A stretch of DNA of 64,000 bases, taken from the IMG/VR virus record IMGVR_UViG_3300009684_000029. The stretch is one strand, 5' to 3'. The stretch is from an uncultured virus (IMG/VR IMGVR_UViG_3300009684_000029) (lineage: Duplodnaviria > Heunggongvirae > Uroviricota > Caudoviricetes). Below are positions 50,411 to 60,026 of the stretch, piece after piece (the stretch's first letter is position 1; every line of letters begins with the position of its first letter). A program made the translations under genes and the position numbers. Under the pieces are notes generated by a model, which was not told the origin of the DNA, did no database searches, and worked only from the letters and a program-made list of their open reading frames with translations.

Positions 50411-50440
50411 TTAGGACTTACAAAGTTTAATTTATATATT
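50411..50440 (+). promoter_or_regulatory. Putative promoter TTAGGA-N18-TATATT
   Basis: Exact motif; ATG 5 nt downstream. Confidence 0.7.
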
Positions 50441-50445
50441 ATAGT

Positions 50446-50802
50446 ATGAAATCTCCAGTTCAGCAAGTAAGCGAAAAGATGTTTGGATATGTTAATTTAA
50501 CGGTTGAAGATGTAAAATTTAATCCTGCTTTATTCTTATCGCATAAATTAACATTTGAGCAATATATAGAATGGTATAATTGGTCACAAGATTTATTAAC
50601 AGAATCATATCCTTCAATGTCTGAAATAGAAATATTAAAGATCTTAGATTTATTTGATATCAAGTTTGGATTATTATATGATTATATTAAAGTAGATGGA
50701 AAATTATCAGACGAATTATTAGAAATGCTTCGTGAGGTAGCTCCAAAGAAAATGAAAGAATCAAAAAATAAAATATTAGATGGTAAAACATCTTATGCTT
50801 AA
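50446..50802 (+). CDS. Hypothetical protein
   Basis: 118 aa ORF behind a promoter motif. Confidence 0.65.
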   Translation: MKSPVQQVSEKMFGYVNLTVEDVKFNPALFLSHKLTFEQYIEWYNWSQDLLTESYPSMSEIEILKILDLFDIKFGLLYDYIKVDGKLSDELLEMLREVAPKKMKESKNKILDGKTSYA

Positions 50803-50808
50803 TTACAT

Positions 50809-51063
50809 ATGAAAAATCAATTATTTACATATTACATACTTCTTCCAGGCGATACCGAAGAAAACATAACCGATGCTAATATATTAGGAGAAGAAAGTAC
50901 TCATAATAATTTTTGGCCTGGAGATGGATTGACAGCATTAAACAATATTATTGACAGAAGACCTGATATGCTAGATCAAATTACCGTTATCAGATCTGAT
51001 AGGAAAGTAATTACGATAGAGAAATTTTTAAATGATATTAAGAAGTTTAACATTAAAAAATAA
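50809..51063 (+). CDS. Hypothetical protein
   Basis: YYILLPGD...LGE.S...FW. Confidence 0.65.
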   Translation: MKNQLFTYYILLPGDTEENITDANILGEESTHNNFWPGDGLTALNNIIDRRPDMLDQITVIRSDRKVITIEKFLNDIKKFNIKK

Positions 51064-51067
51064 CAAT

Positions 51068-51580
51068 ATGACAATAGACGACGATATAGATGCATTGCAA
51101 TGGAATTCTATAATAGACTCAAATTTCAAGACTCAAATTATTTATCCAAATAATCCATCCTTTAAAAAAATGTATGATAATTATTTTAAAGTATATGGTG
51201 TCGCATTTTTACATTTTCCTAGCATGACTGTATTTATTGACGGTCGAGAATTCATCAAAGATGGATATACCACTTCACACATTTATGCAGTGGAGGCCCA
51301 CGAGATTGCTCATTATATTTTAAAACATGATATGAATGCTCCTTCAAAAGAACAAGAGATGGCAGCAGATGTAGCAGGAATTCAAATATTACACTTCCTA
51401 GATCACCAAGTAGCTAAAAACTTATTAATAACCCGGTTTACTTCTTTGTATACGGACGATTATAGTATGGAAAATAACTTATCTCCAAAAGAGCAAGAGT
51501 TGCTTAAATCATATTTAAAACTGCGTAAATATAGCTGGTGGGAAAGTATTAAAAAATTTCTTTGGAAATTTAAAAAGTAA
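51068..51580 (+). CDS. HExxH metallopeptidase-like protein
   Basis: AHEIAH...E..AD; likely start ATG 51068. Confidence 0.65.
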   Translation: MTIDDDIDALQWNSIIDSNFKTQIIYPNNPSFKKMYDNYFKVYGVAFLHFPSMTVFIDGREFIKDGYTTSHIYAVEAHEIAHYILKHDMNAPSKEQEMAADVAGIQILHFLDHQVAKNLLITRFTSLYTDDYSMENNLSPKEQELLKSYLKLRKYSWWESIKKFLWKFKK

Positions 51581-51595
51581 TTATTATATTAAGGT

Positions 51596-52177
51596 ATGGG
51601 AAGGGCTAAAATTATATATAAAAGAAAGTTACGAAGCTTTATTAATTTTATGTCTCATGAAATATTTAATGCCGTCAAATTAAATAAGAAGAAGACTTTA
51701 TCATTTGAATTTAATTATAATGATGAAGTTATTGAATTAAAAGTAGCTATTAAAAGAGTAGGTATAGATATAGCATTTGATATATGGGGAAGTAGTTCTG
51801 ATGAAGATATTAATATGAATATTTCTATATCAACTAAATTATTCAGCTCAAAAGATTATAATCAATTCAATGCCGAGATAAGAGAATTCTTAAGGCATGA
51901 AATGGAGCATATCGGACAATATCATGAAATATCTGGTAAAGAAGATATATATGGTTATCCAGCAGCAACTACAGAATTAGATTACTTTACAGTCCCTTAT
52001 GAAATAGATGCTTTCTTACATGGATTGAATTATAAAAGAAAATATCTTAAAACTAATATCATAGATGAAATAAATAATTTGCTCAAAAATTATTATTATG
52101 TAAATGACCCAATAATATTAGATGCATGGATTACAAGATTAAAGATAATTTTACCTCATACCTTAAACAATGACTGA
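51596..52177 (+). CDS. HExxH-containing protein
   Basis: RHEMEH..Q, Y...P.EIDA; TTTGGA-N18-TATATT at 51561-51590. Confidence 0.65.
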   Translation: MGRAKIIYKRKLRSFINFMSHEIFNAVKLNKKKTLSFEFNYNDEVIELKVAIKRVGIDIAFDIWGSSSDEDINMNISISTKLFSSKDYNQFNAEIREFLRHEMEHIGQYHEISGKEDIYGYPAATTELDYFTVPYEIDAFLHGLNYKRKYLKTNIIDEINNLLKNYYYVNDPIILDAWITRLKIILPHTLNND

Positions 52178-52439
52178 AAAAAATTATATACATAAAGTAC
52201 TTAGTGAAGGTGTTGATCTTTTAACATCACCTACTCTTAAATTTCCAAGAGATATAACTAACGATGAGCGAATCCTTTTCTTTCAAAGAATGATTAAGTT
52301 TTTCGAAGATAAAGAAGATTATTTAAAGTGTGCGCGTCTTGAAAAACCATTATACAAATACATTAAACAACAAAAACAAGAATCCAATGGACGAAAGCAT
52401 AGAATTAAAAACTCCATCACAGGCTCTCAAATTACTTAA
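52170..52439 (+). CDS. Hypothetical protein with UVR-like motif
   Basis: FFEDKEDYLKCARL. Confidence 0.55.
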   Translation: MTEKNYIHKVLSEGVDLLTSPTLKFPRDITNDERILFFQRMIKFFEDKEDYLKCARLEKPLYKYIKQQKQESNGRKHRIKNSITGSQIT

Positions 52440-52782
52440 AGAAGATTTAAAATCTCATACCGGATTCAAAAGATTAATTAGTCAAGGATTTATTAATAAG
52501 CTTAGATTCTTTGCATCTGCATACGATATTATTAAAGATAACTTCAAGCAAACGACGAAAGTATTTATTCTGGAAGAACAAGTAAATATATTAATCAATA
52601 ATGAAGTCCAATTAAATTTAAGTTCAGCTATCGAAATATTAACTAACAATGATCTTTTAGATATAACTGCTGTTGACCCAGAAGGGCAATTATTATATAA
52701 GCTATCTGATAAAGGTATTAAAGTCATAGAACAACTTAAAGCATTAGATGGCAAGGAAAAAGAAGATACCGGAAATATTTAA
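52387..52782 (+). CDS. Hypothetical protein (possible winged helix)
   Basis: Start MDESIELK; LL...VD.EG..LYKLSDKG. Confidence 0.55.
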   Translation: MDESIELKTPSQALKLLKEDLKSHTGFKRLISQGFINKLRFFASAYDIIKDNFKQTTKVFILEEQVNILINNEVQLNLSSAIEILTNNDLLDITAVDPEGQLLYKLSDKGIKVIEQLKALDGKEKEDTGNI

Positions 52783-53026
52783 CCTGATAATATTTAATAA
52801 CGATAAATTATCTTTTTTAGAGGTTATCTTAATATTAAAGTCAATAGGGTTAATGGAATTACAAGCAAATCAATGTGCGATGTTAATTCATAATAAAGGA
52901 AAATACGCTGCAGTGTCAGGTGAATATGATGAAATGAAGTCAGTTCAAGCTAACTTGACAGAGTATGGAATAAAGTCGGAGGTAGAACCGAAAATAAATA
53001 AAACAATAAATAAAAACAAAACTTAA
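52748..53026 (+). CDS. clpS: ClpS-like Clp protease adaptor
   Basis: LIIFNND..SF..V...L...QA.QCA.LIH.KGK....SG. Confidence 0.75.
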   Translation: MARKKKIPEIFNLIIFNNDKLSFLEVILILKSIGLMELQANQCAMLIHNKGKYAAVSGEYDEMKSVQANLTEYGIKSEVEPKINKTINKNKT

Positions 53027-53031
53027 CAGTT

Positions 53032-53223
53032 ATGGAAGAAAAAACATCAAACGTAATGTTTACGGACATGAAAGATTTATGGACAGAATTCGAAACAAAT
53101 CATTCGGATTTTGCAACTACGGGTAAAAAGAAAGCAGCAGCGAGAGCTAGAAAAGCTATTCAAAACCTTAAGGCTATGATTACTAATTACAAGAAAGCTT
53201 CAGTAGAAGAATGTAAAGCATAA
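53032..53223 (+). CDS. Bacteroidetes-type histone H1-like (Hc1) small protein
   Basis: F...G.KAAARARKA...LK.....YKK.SV. Confidence 0.7.
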   Translation: MEEKTSNVMFTDMKDLWTEFETNHSDFATTGKKKAAARARKAIQNLKAMITNYKKASVEECKA

Positions 53224-53242
53224 TTAAAGCCATTAGTATATT

Positions 53243-53272
53243 GGGGTGGGGAATAAAATCTCCACCCTTTTT
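53243..53272 (+). terminator. Rho-independent terminator
   Basis: GGGTGGGGA...TCTCCACCC followed by TTTTT. Confidence 0.8.
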
Positions 53273-53306
53273 ACGCCCAAGATATAATTATAATAAATAG
53301 AATAAA

Positions 53307-53753
53307 ATGAATAATAATACCCTTAAAAAACTTATCAAAGAAGAAATAAGATCTATACTTAAAGAAGGAGAACATGATCAACAAAACTATATGTTCTTTC
53401 AAAATCTTCATACTATTAAAAGAATGGTAGAAAAAATGCTTGCTCTTAATCCACAAGAAGTAGACACATTATTATCTAACGGTCATGCATGGGCTGTAGA
53501 TCATATTTCAACTTCTGCAGATGATGTAGGTGAAGTAGGAACTTGGCTTTGTAATGAGTTAGGACGTGATATGAATAACACTAATATGATGACTGAATCT
53601 AATTCAAGAAATGATATTGCTAATTATATTATTATATTATCAAATAGACTTATTGTAGCTAAACAAGAAGGCGATCAAAAGATGATTGATACATTAACTA
53701 AATGGATTGCAGATTTAAAGAATGAACTTAAAGGCCTTAAAGAAACTAACTAA
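53307..53753 (+). CDS. Hypothetical protein with LIKEE leader
   Basis: TLKKLIKEEIRSILKE; TAATTATA at 53285. Confidence 0.75.
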   Translation: MNNNTLKKLIKEEIRSILKEGEHDQQNYMFFQNLHTIKRMVEKMLALNPQEVDTLLSNGHAWAVDHISTSADDVGEVGTWLCNELGRDMNNTNMMTESNSRNDIANYIIILSNRLIVAKQEGDQKMIDTLTKWIADLKNELKGLKETN

Positions 53754-54199
53754 TGACAAAACACGATAAACTAAGACAATTACTTAAAGAGCAAATCAGA
53801 AAAGTAATTCTTAAAGAAGGATTTCAATCAGCAGACAATATTTATATGTCAATGTTTGAAGATAATATTGTTCTTACACAATCATTTAATGGGTCAGAAT
53901 CAGATATGGGCCAAAAGATAGAAATATCTATGAAAGACTTTCCTAAGATATTAGATGGTTTATTTAATTTGGTTCCTGTAAATAGAATACCAGTTAACTA
54001 TCGTCAAAGTATGATAGCAAAGTTATCTGATAAAGCAATTGATCAAGAAACTGATTTAGATGCTGAAAAACCAGATAAAGAATTTAAGGGCGGTAAAGGT
54101 AAAGAAGAAGAGGGCGGTGAAGAAGAAGCTGCACCAGAAGAAGAAGCACCAGCAGGTGAAGAAGAAGCTCCGGCTAAAGGTAAAAACCCATTCGCATAA
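53753..54199 (+). CDS. Hypothetical protein with LLKE leader and acidic tail
   Basis: KLRQLLKEQIRKVILKE; EEEAAP/EEEAP repeats. Confidence 0.7.
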   Translation: MTKHDKLRQLLKEQIRKVILKEGFQSADNIYMSMFEDNIVLTQSFNGSESDMGQKIEISMKDFPKILDGLFNLVPVNRIPVNYRQSMIAKLSDKAIDQETDLDAEKPDKEFKGGKGKEEEGGEEEAAPEEEAPAGEEEAPAKGKNPFA

Positions 54200-54603
54200 T
54201 GAGAAATGATAAGTTTAGATTACTTCTTAAAGAAGAAATACGCAAGATATTAAAAGAAGATGATATTGTTCCAGTAGGACCTGAAGGAGAAAAGATATCA
54301 GATTCAAAGGTTGCAGCAAAACTTTCTAATACTCTTAAACAATCTTTACTAAAAGTACCATCATCTATGAGATCTAGACTTACTGATTTAATTGCTGATG
54401 ATGGTATACGAAGTGCGTTAAAGAGTAAAGATCAAAGGGCAAGTATATTAACTGCTATTGCGACAGCATTTGGTGTTAATGATCAAGAATTTGGTCAAGT
54501 CGTATCTCAAATCAAAAAGAATTTGGCGATGACTAATACAGAAGCACCTCAAGGTACAGAACAAGGAACTGAAGGCGGAACTGACCCTAATGATATAGCA
54601 TAA
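54199..54603 (+). CDS. Hypothetical protein with LLKEE leader
   Basis: KFRLLLKEEIRKILKE. Confidence 0.7.
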   Translation: MRNDKFRLLLKEEIRKILKEDDIVPVGPEGEKISDSKVAAKLSNTLKQSLLKVPSSMRSRLTDLIADDGIRSALKSKDQRASILTAIATAFGVNDQEFGQVVSQIKKNLAMTNTEAPQGTEQGTEGGTDPNDIA

Positions 54604-55160
54604 TGATAAAATTAAGACCTATAGTTAATAATATACTTAAAGAAGATGACGGCGAAACCGTTACCTGGGGTAATGTTAGAAGATTTTTGGAGTCAATTCG
54701 AAAAGAATCAAAAACTAAAAACTGGGGCAAGATTATAGGATTTGCTAAAGACGTACTTGGCACTAGTATAGTACCTGATTCAATTAATGCTATACTTAAA
54801 ATTATAGGAGGGAGTACCGGTCAAGAAGGAGGTGCTGAAGAAAGCGCTATTGATTTAGCAAAATCTTTAATGGCATTAAGTAAAATGGTATCTCAAGCTC
54901 AATTAGAAAATCCATTAAATTCCCAAGCATCTAAATTTAAAGGCGAGCTATGGGATAAATTAAAATTAAGTTCTAAAGTATCAGCAGTACTAGATAATAA
55001 TATAGAAAAGGAATTTATTAATTCTGTATTAGAACCTATGATAAGCAATCCAGGTAATGATAATGAACCTATACCAAATATAGATGAATTATTAGGTAAA
55101 TGGCTTAATGATACTAAAGGATTAGCAACAGATGCAGATATTCAATTCAAAGGAAGATAA
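54603..55160 (+). CDS. Hypothetical protein with MIKL leader
   Basis: MIKLRPIVNNILKE. Confidence 0.7.
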   Translation: MIKLRPIVNNILKEDDGETVTWGNVRRFLESIRKESKTKNWGKIIGFAKDVLGTSIVPDSINAILKIIGGSTGQEGGAEESAIDLAKSLMALSKMVSQAQLENPLNSQASKFKGELWDKLKLSSKVSAVLDNNIEKEFINSVLEPMISNPGNDNEPIPNIDELLGKWLNDTKGLATDADIQFKGR

Positions 55161-55181
55161 GGAGATTTATAATATATACAT

Positions 55182-55754
55182 ATGGAACCATTAACTCATA
55201 ATAACAATACCTTTAATGATTTAACTTATCAGCTATATAAACATATGTCTGATAAATATGAAGTTCTTAAGAATCAATATCCAAAATTCATTATCAATAC
55301 CAAACAACAATCATCTCATATCTTAGGACCAACAGCTAACTATCAACCAGAGACTAAAACTATTACGGTATTTAGTTTTGGAAGACATCCTAAAGATATG
55401 TTAAGATCATTTGCCCATGAAGTTATTCATCACGTTCAAAATTGTGAAGGAAGATTAACTAATACTTCTACCCATGAAGGATATGCATTAGACGACTCAA
55501 ATATGAGCGAGCTTGAACGAGAAGCATACGAGCAAGGGAATATGTGCTTTCGTGAGTTTGAGGATCTATACAAGCGCCAAAACCCCATTACCGAAGATGG
55601 TGGTGCGACAATGAATGCTGCAGAAATGAAGCGTCACAAAAATAAATTGGGCAAGCTTAATAAAGTATTAGCGAAACAGGGAGATCAAATGATTCCTTAT
55701 CCTAAAGAATTACCCAATACCGTTATGAATGCTAAATTAATTACTAAAAAATAA
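55182..55754 (+). CDS. HExxH metallopeptidase-like protein
   Basis: GRHPKD.LRSFAHEVIHH.Q...EREAY..GN. Confidence 0.7.
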   Translation: MEPLTHNNNTFNDLTYQLYKHMSDKYEVLKNQYPKFIINTKQQSSHILGPTANYQPETKTITVFSFGRHPKDMLRSFAHEVIHHVQNCEGRLTNTSTHEGYALDDSNMSELEREAYEQGNMCFREFEDLYKRQNPITEDGGATMNAAEMKRHKNKLGKLNKVLAKQGDQMIPYPKELPNTVMNAKLITKK

Positions 55755-55773
55755 CAATATAAAATATAACAAT

Positions 55774-56025
55774 ATGAAAATATCACAATTAAAGTCTCTT
55801 ATAAAAGAGAACATTAAAGAAGTTTTATCTGAGGGAGCACTTTTAAATTCTATTACTCCAGGTTTGGAAGGCGAAGTTAAAATAGCTGTTCAAAGTTTAG
55901 AAGCTTACTTAAATAAAACCAACGCAATCTTAGATTATAATCACGCACGTAAACTAGCAGAGCTTGTTATTGATATAATTGACGCTGCAAAGGATGAAGC
56001 AAGAAATGAATACAGCGATTACTAA
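55774..56025 (+). CDS. Hypothetical protein with LIKE leader
   Basis: MKISQLKSLIKENIKEVLSE. Confidence 0.7.
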   Translation: MKISQLKSLIKENIKEVLSEGALLNSITPGLEGEVKIAVQSLEAYLNKTNAILDYNHARKLAELVIDIIDAAKDEARNEYSDY

Positions 56026-56190
56026 AAAATAAGAGTATGGGTAATCAAGAAGAATATCCAGATTTTTTTGAGCATAACGAATTATAACAAATGACCAAAA
56101 AAGAAAAGAAGTCTAAGAACAGAAAGAAAATAGCTAAAGCTACTATTAAACTTCAACAACAAAAAGGCATCTATAAAAAGAAAACATAAT

Positions 56191-57360
56191 ATGATTAAGC
56201 TCAAAGATTTATTAGAGAATGTTAATATTGATTCGAAATTTAATTCTGATCTAATAAACTATATCAATAAAGAATATCGTGAAGATTATACAACATTAAC
56301 TCCTAGGGAAATTAATGATGGTTATTGTGATTTATGGGCTAGTTTATTTGTAAAGAAATTTGGCGGAGAGCATCAATGGTCTTATGACTTTCCTAATGAA
56401 CCTAATGCGCATTCATGGGTCAAGCTTAATAATAAATTTTATGATGCTGAAGCACCTAACGGAGTTTCTAGTTTAATTGAATTACCAGAATTCCAAAGAT
56501 TTATATCAAAATATGGAAATGAATGGTTAAATGATTCATTTTATAAAAATATACAATCGAGCACAACAGAAATAACAGAAGATCTTCGTGATTGGTTTGG
56601 TAAAGGTGGTAAAGGCGGAGTCGGTGGAGGAGGATGGGATAGATATAATTCATCAGGAGATAGAATAGGTAAGTGCGGAGATGCTAAAGAAGGAGATGCT
56701 TATTCAGCTTGTCTTTCAAAAGAAAAAGCAGAAAAATTAGGTAAAGAAGGAAGAGCAGCATTCGTAAAAAGAAAAAGGGCTGCCCAAAAGAAAGGCGGAG
56801 ACGCTAAGAAGGGCGGAGAAAAAACTAAAGGGCAAAAGGCTATTAAAGTAAAAACGGGCGTTAAAGAAGAAATAACACCGGAGCAGTCCGAAAAAATAGG
56901 TATGCCATATAAAGGAAAGAATAACCAAAAGTTAAAAGAGAACTTTAAAGATGGCAAAAATCCTGAACGTAAAGGATTATCTAAAAAATTTGGTATTAGC
57001 CAAACAATGACTATAGATCAATTAAAAAATATAGCAAAATCTTCTACCGGAAAAAAACAAAAAATGGCTCAATGGAATCTTAATATGAAAAGAGGTAGAA
57101 TGAAAAAAGAAAATTTAGATCCTAATACATATACAGATAAAAACAGTTCAGTTCCTTATGGGTCGGGATATGAGAGAATAAATGAATTAGAGAGGCAATT
57201 AACTTTATTCCTAGAGAAAAATATACCTACTAATCCATCAAAATGGTCTTATTATAAATCACAAGCCAAAAAGAAATTCGATGTATACCCTTCAGCGTAT
57301 GCAAATGGATGGGCTGCAAAAATGTATAAAAAAGCTGGTGGAGGTTGGCGTAAATCTTAA
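56191..57360 (+). CDS. Multi-module protein with MIKL leader
   Basis: MIKLKDLLE; Cys-His-Asp module, G/K-rich module, two basic modules ending YPSAYANGWAAKMYK..GGGW. Confidence 0.75.
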   Translation: MIKLKDLLENVNIDSKFNSDLINYINKEYREDYTTLTPREINDGYCDLWASLFVKKFGGEHQWSYDFPNEPNAHSWVKLNNKFYDAEAPNGVSSLIELPEFQRFISKYGNEWLNDSFYKNIQSSTTEITEDLRDWFGKGGKGGVGGGGWDRYNSSGDRIGKCGDAKEGDAYSACLSKEKAEKLGKEGRAAFVKRKRAAQKKGGDAKKGGEKTKGQKAIKVKTGVKEEITPEQSEKIGMPYKGKNNQKLKENFKDGKNPERKGLSKKFGISQTMTIDQLKNIAKSSTGKKQKMAQWNLNMKRGRMKKENLDPNTYTDKNSSVPYGSGYERINELERQLTLFLEKNIPTNPSKWSYYKSQAKKKFDVYPSAYANGWAAKMYKKAGGGWRKS

Positions 57361-57365
57361 TAACT

Positions 57366-57716
57366 ATGATAAAACTTAAAGACATAATCACGGAAGAAAA
57401 AAAAGAAGTATCTAAAGATGCTTTTGAAGAATTTGCTGAAACTAGAATGGGCGGAGCAGAAAAAATAACTAATGATATGCATAAAAAAGGCGGATTAGCT
57501 TTATTAACATGGCATCATTATAAAGTAAAGCTTCCTTATTATAAAAAGGCATCAGAAGGTAAACTAGATGTTGAAAAAATGCAAACCGAATATAAAGAAT
57601 ATTTAGAGAAACTTTATAAATCAACTAAAGGCGATATGAATATTACTCAAATACAATTTCAAGAGTTAGTTGGAAAACTTGAAGTATTGGGTGAATTAAT
57701 AATCAAACACAAATGA
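57366..57716 (+). CDS. Hypothetical protein with MIKL leader
   Basis: MIKLKDIITE. Confidence 0.7.
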   Translation: MIKLKDIITEEKKEVSKDAFEEFAETRMGGAEKITNDMHKKGGLALLTWHHYKVKLPYYKKASEGKLDVEKMQTEYKEYLEKLYKSTKGDMNITQIQFQELVGKLEVLGELIIKHK

Positions 57717-58468
57717 TCAAACTAACAGACATAGTAAACAAGATTATGCTAGCGGAAGAAATGGTTCAATCTGACGCATGGAAATCTATACAAAAAACTC
57801 TTGATATTCTTAGTAAAAAAGATAAAGTATTACTTTTAACCTGCTCAAATAGACATAATTGGGATGACAATAATATAGATATTCCAAAATCTACAATGAT
57901 AGCGATGTATCTTCAAGAAAAATTAGGAGATAAAGCAGTTCTAATAGATATACCAGAATTAAAAATATTTCCTTGCGAAGGTAATGTTTCTAGAAAAGAA
58001 GGAAATTCTTGTGGAATATTAAAATCAAAGCTTAAAGATAAAACTAAAAACCCGACCGGAAACCATAGATGTTGGGCTAGTCTTAATAATAAAAGTGATG
58101 AATTATGGAAAGTATCTAAAGAGCTATTTGAGTCTGACGCTGTTATATTTTTTAGTTCGATCAGATGGGGTCAAACAAATATGTTTTATCAAAATTTAAT
58201 TGAAAGATTAAATTGGTTGGAGAATAGACATACGACATTAGGCGAATCTAATATCATTAAAAATATTGAAACGGGATATATTTGCGTTGGCCAAAATTGG
58301 AATGGTGAAGTAGTTAGCGAAACACAGAAAAAGGTACATGAGTTTTACGGGTTTAAACCAAATAATGATTTGTATTGGAATTGGCAATATACAAAAAATG
58401 TAAATGATGAAACCCAGAAATCTTACGAAAAAGCATATCCTAAATTTATAAAAGATACTAAAATATAA
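57713..58468 (+). CDS. Flavodoxin-like/NADPH-dependent FMN reductase-family protein with MIKL leader
   Basis: LLTCSNR...PKS, FPCEGNVS...C...CW, SDAVIFF..IRWG...LIERL. Confidence 0.7.
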   Translation: MIKLTDIVNKIMLAEEMVQSDAWKSIQKTLDILSKKDKVLLLTCSNRHNWDDNNIDIPKSTMIAMYLQEKLGDKAVLIDIPELKIFPCEGNVSRKEGNSCGILKSKLKDKTKNPTGNHRCWASLNNKSDELWKVSKELFESDAVIFFSSIRWGQTNMFYQNLIERLNWLENRHTTLGESNIIKNIETGYICVGQNWNGEVVSETQKKVHEFYGFKPNNDLYWNWQYTKNVNDETQKSYEKAYPKFIKDTKI

Positions 58469-58475
58469 TTTACTA

Positions 58476-59180
58476 ATGATAAAGCTTAAACCATTACTAG
58501 AAAAAATACAAGAGTTTAATCCTTCCAATATAAATGCTGAATTTAATAAGTTAGCTGATATATGTGAAGGATTAGGTAACCATGAATTTCTTTCAAGAGA
58601 ATTTGGCGTCGAAGCTGGGTTTGGATTATATCTTGTATATACAGAAGAATGGACTAAAGGAAAGATTGGATTAAATTTAAGTTACGAACCAGAAATAAAA
58701 GCATACTTTACTCAATTAACCGATAAATTCGGAATGGATCATATAGTATATACTTCTTATAAAAGTTCAAGAGGCGGCTTCTTTGGCCGTGAATATTTAA
58801 TGATACCAATATCTCCATTCAAAACAATTTGGAGTCCTGATGTGCGCGATATTTATTCTGATATAAGTCAAGCAATAAAAAAGAATGAGCCCGTTCAACC
58901 TATGATAGATTCATATGTGGATGATTGGCCAACACAACCTACAGGAGAAGTATTGGTAGACTGTGACCAATATTATTTATTGAATTTTAAGCGCTTTGCA
59001 GATTTATATGGGTGGATGACGTCATCGAGAATACAAGCAAATAAACAATTTCATGCACCAAGACCAGGAAAGAAAGCTGATCTACTTGCAGTTACTACTT
59101 ATAGTGAATTAGCGCCATTTTTAAATTGGTATGCAGAAGAATCAAAATTTGATGCCCCAGTAAGCGACAGACCTAGATAA
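58476..59180 (+). CDS. Hypothetical protein with MIKL leader
   Basis: MIKLKPLLE; FFG..Y...P......WSP.V.D...GEVLV. Confidence 0.7.
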   Translation: MIKLKPLLEKIQEFNPSNINAEFNKLADICEGLGNHEFLSREFGVEAGFGLYLVYTEEWTKGKIGLNLSYEPEIKAYFTQLTDKFGMDHIVYTSYKSSRGGFFGREYLMIPISPFKTIWSPDVRDIYSDISQAIKKNEPVQPMIDSYVDDWPTQPTGEVLVDCDQYYLLNFKRFADLYGWMTSSRIQANKQFHAPRPGKKADLLAVTTYSELAPFLNWYAEESKFDAPVSDRPR

Positions 59181-59181
59181 T

Positions 59182-60012
59182 ATGATAAAACTTAAAACAC
59201 TATTAAAAGAATTAGGAGAAGGCGTTGCTCCTTATCAATGGTCAGGTCCTCAAGAAAGTAGAAATGGAGACGTTACTTATTTTTTTACTACAGAAGATAA
59301 TGATGATTATCAAGTAATATTTTCGCAGTCAAATGAAAGCCTAGAAAAACTTGATTGGTCAGTAGACTTCTTTGCAAAAGATAATAATAGATGGTCAGCT
59401 GAGATAGATACTAATCGAGGAAGACAATACAAAATTATATCTACAGTAATGGATATTATATCATCATTTATAAAAAAATACCCAGCATATACAATTCATA
59501 TTATTGGTTCTGATTATGACGGTCAAAGAAATAAGTTATATACTTTATACGCTGAAAAGAATATTTCTAAACTTCAAGGATGGAAATATAAAATAGAAGG
59601 CGGGGGAGGTATATTATTATACAAAAGGAAGCCGTCAGCAAAATCTTTATTAAAGACAGGCGAGCCAATAATTAATGGAAATCTTGATTTAGAAGGATCT
59701 AATATAACAAAACTACCAGATAATATTACAACTGTCAACGGAAATCTTATCTTACGAAATTCTTCAATAATGTTTCTTCCTGATAATTTAACTGTCAATG
59801 GATATCTCGATTTATCAGATACTCCTATAACAAAATTACCAAATAATTTAACAGTAAAAAGTGATCTTATTATAAATAACACAAAAATAGAAGAATTACC
59901 GTCTAACTTAAAACCAGGAAAATACTTCCAACTAGGATATACTCCGCTTTCTAAAAAATATACTAAGGAACAATTTGAAAAAATATTTCCTACCACTATA
60001 TTTTTTTTCTAA
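59182..60012 (+). CDS. MIKL-leader protein with C-terminal leucine-rich ~20-aa repeats
   Basis: GNLDL....ITKLPDN.TV repeated about 4 times; N-terminal half paralogous to 60027. Confidence 0.75.
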   Translation: MIKLKTLLKELGEGVAPYQWSGPQESRNGDVTYFFTTEDNDDYQVIFSQSNESLEKLDWSVDFFAKDNNRWSAEIDTNRGRQYKIISTVMDIISSFIKKYPAYTIHIIGSDYDGQRNKLYTLYAEKNISKLQGWKYKIEGGGGILLYKRKPSAKSLLKTGEPIINGNLDLEGSNITKLPDNITTVNGNLILRNSSIMFLPDNLTVNGYLDLSDTPITKLPNNLTVKSDLIINNTKIEELPSNLKPGKYFQLGYTPLSKKYTKEQFEKIFPTTIFFF

Positions 60013-60026
60013 AATATAATTTATAA

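Noticed and set aside
54100..54180. GAAGAAGAAGC repeats as a DNA repeat element
   Set aside because: They encode a low-complexity EEEAP protein tail
56037..56189. Two tiny ORFs (18 aa and 32 aa, the second very basic), possibly one frameshifted gene
   Set aside because: Too short to support without homology evidence
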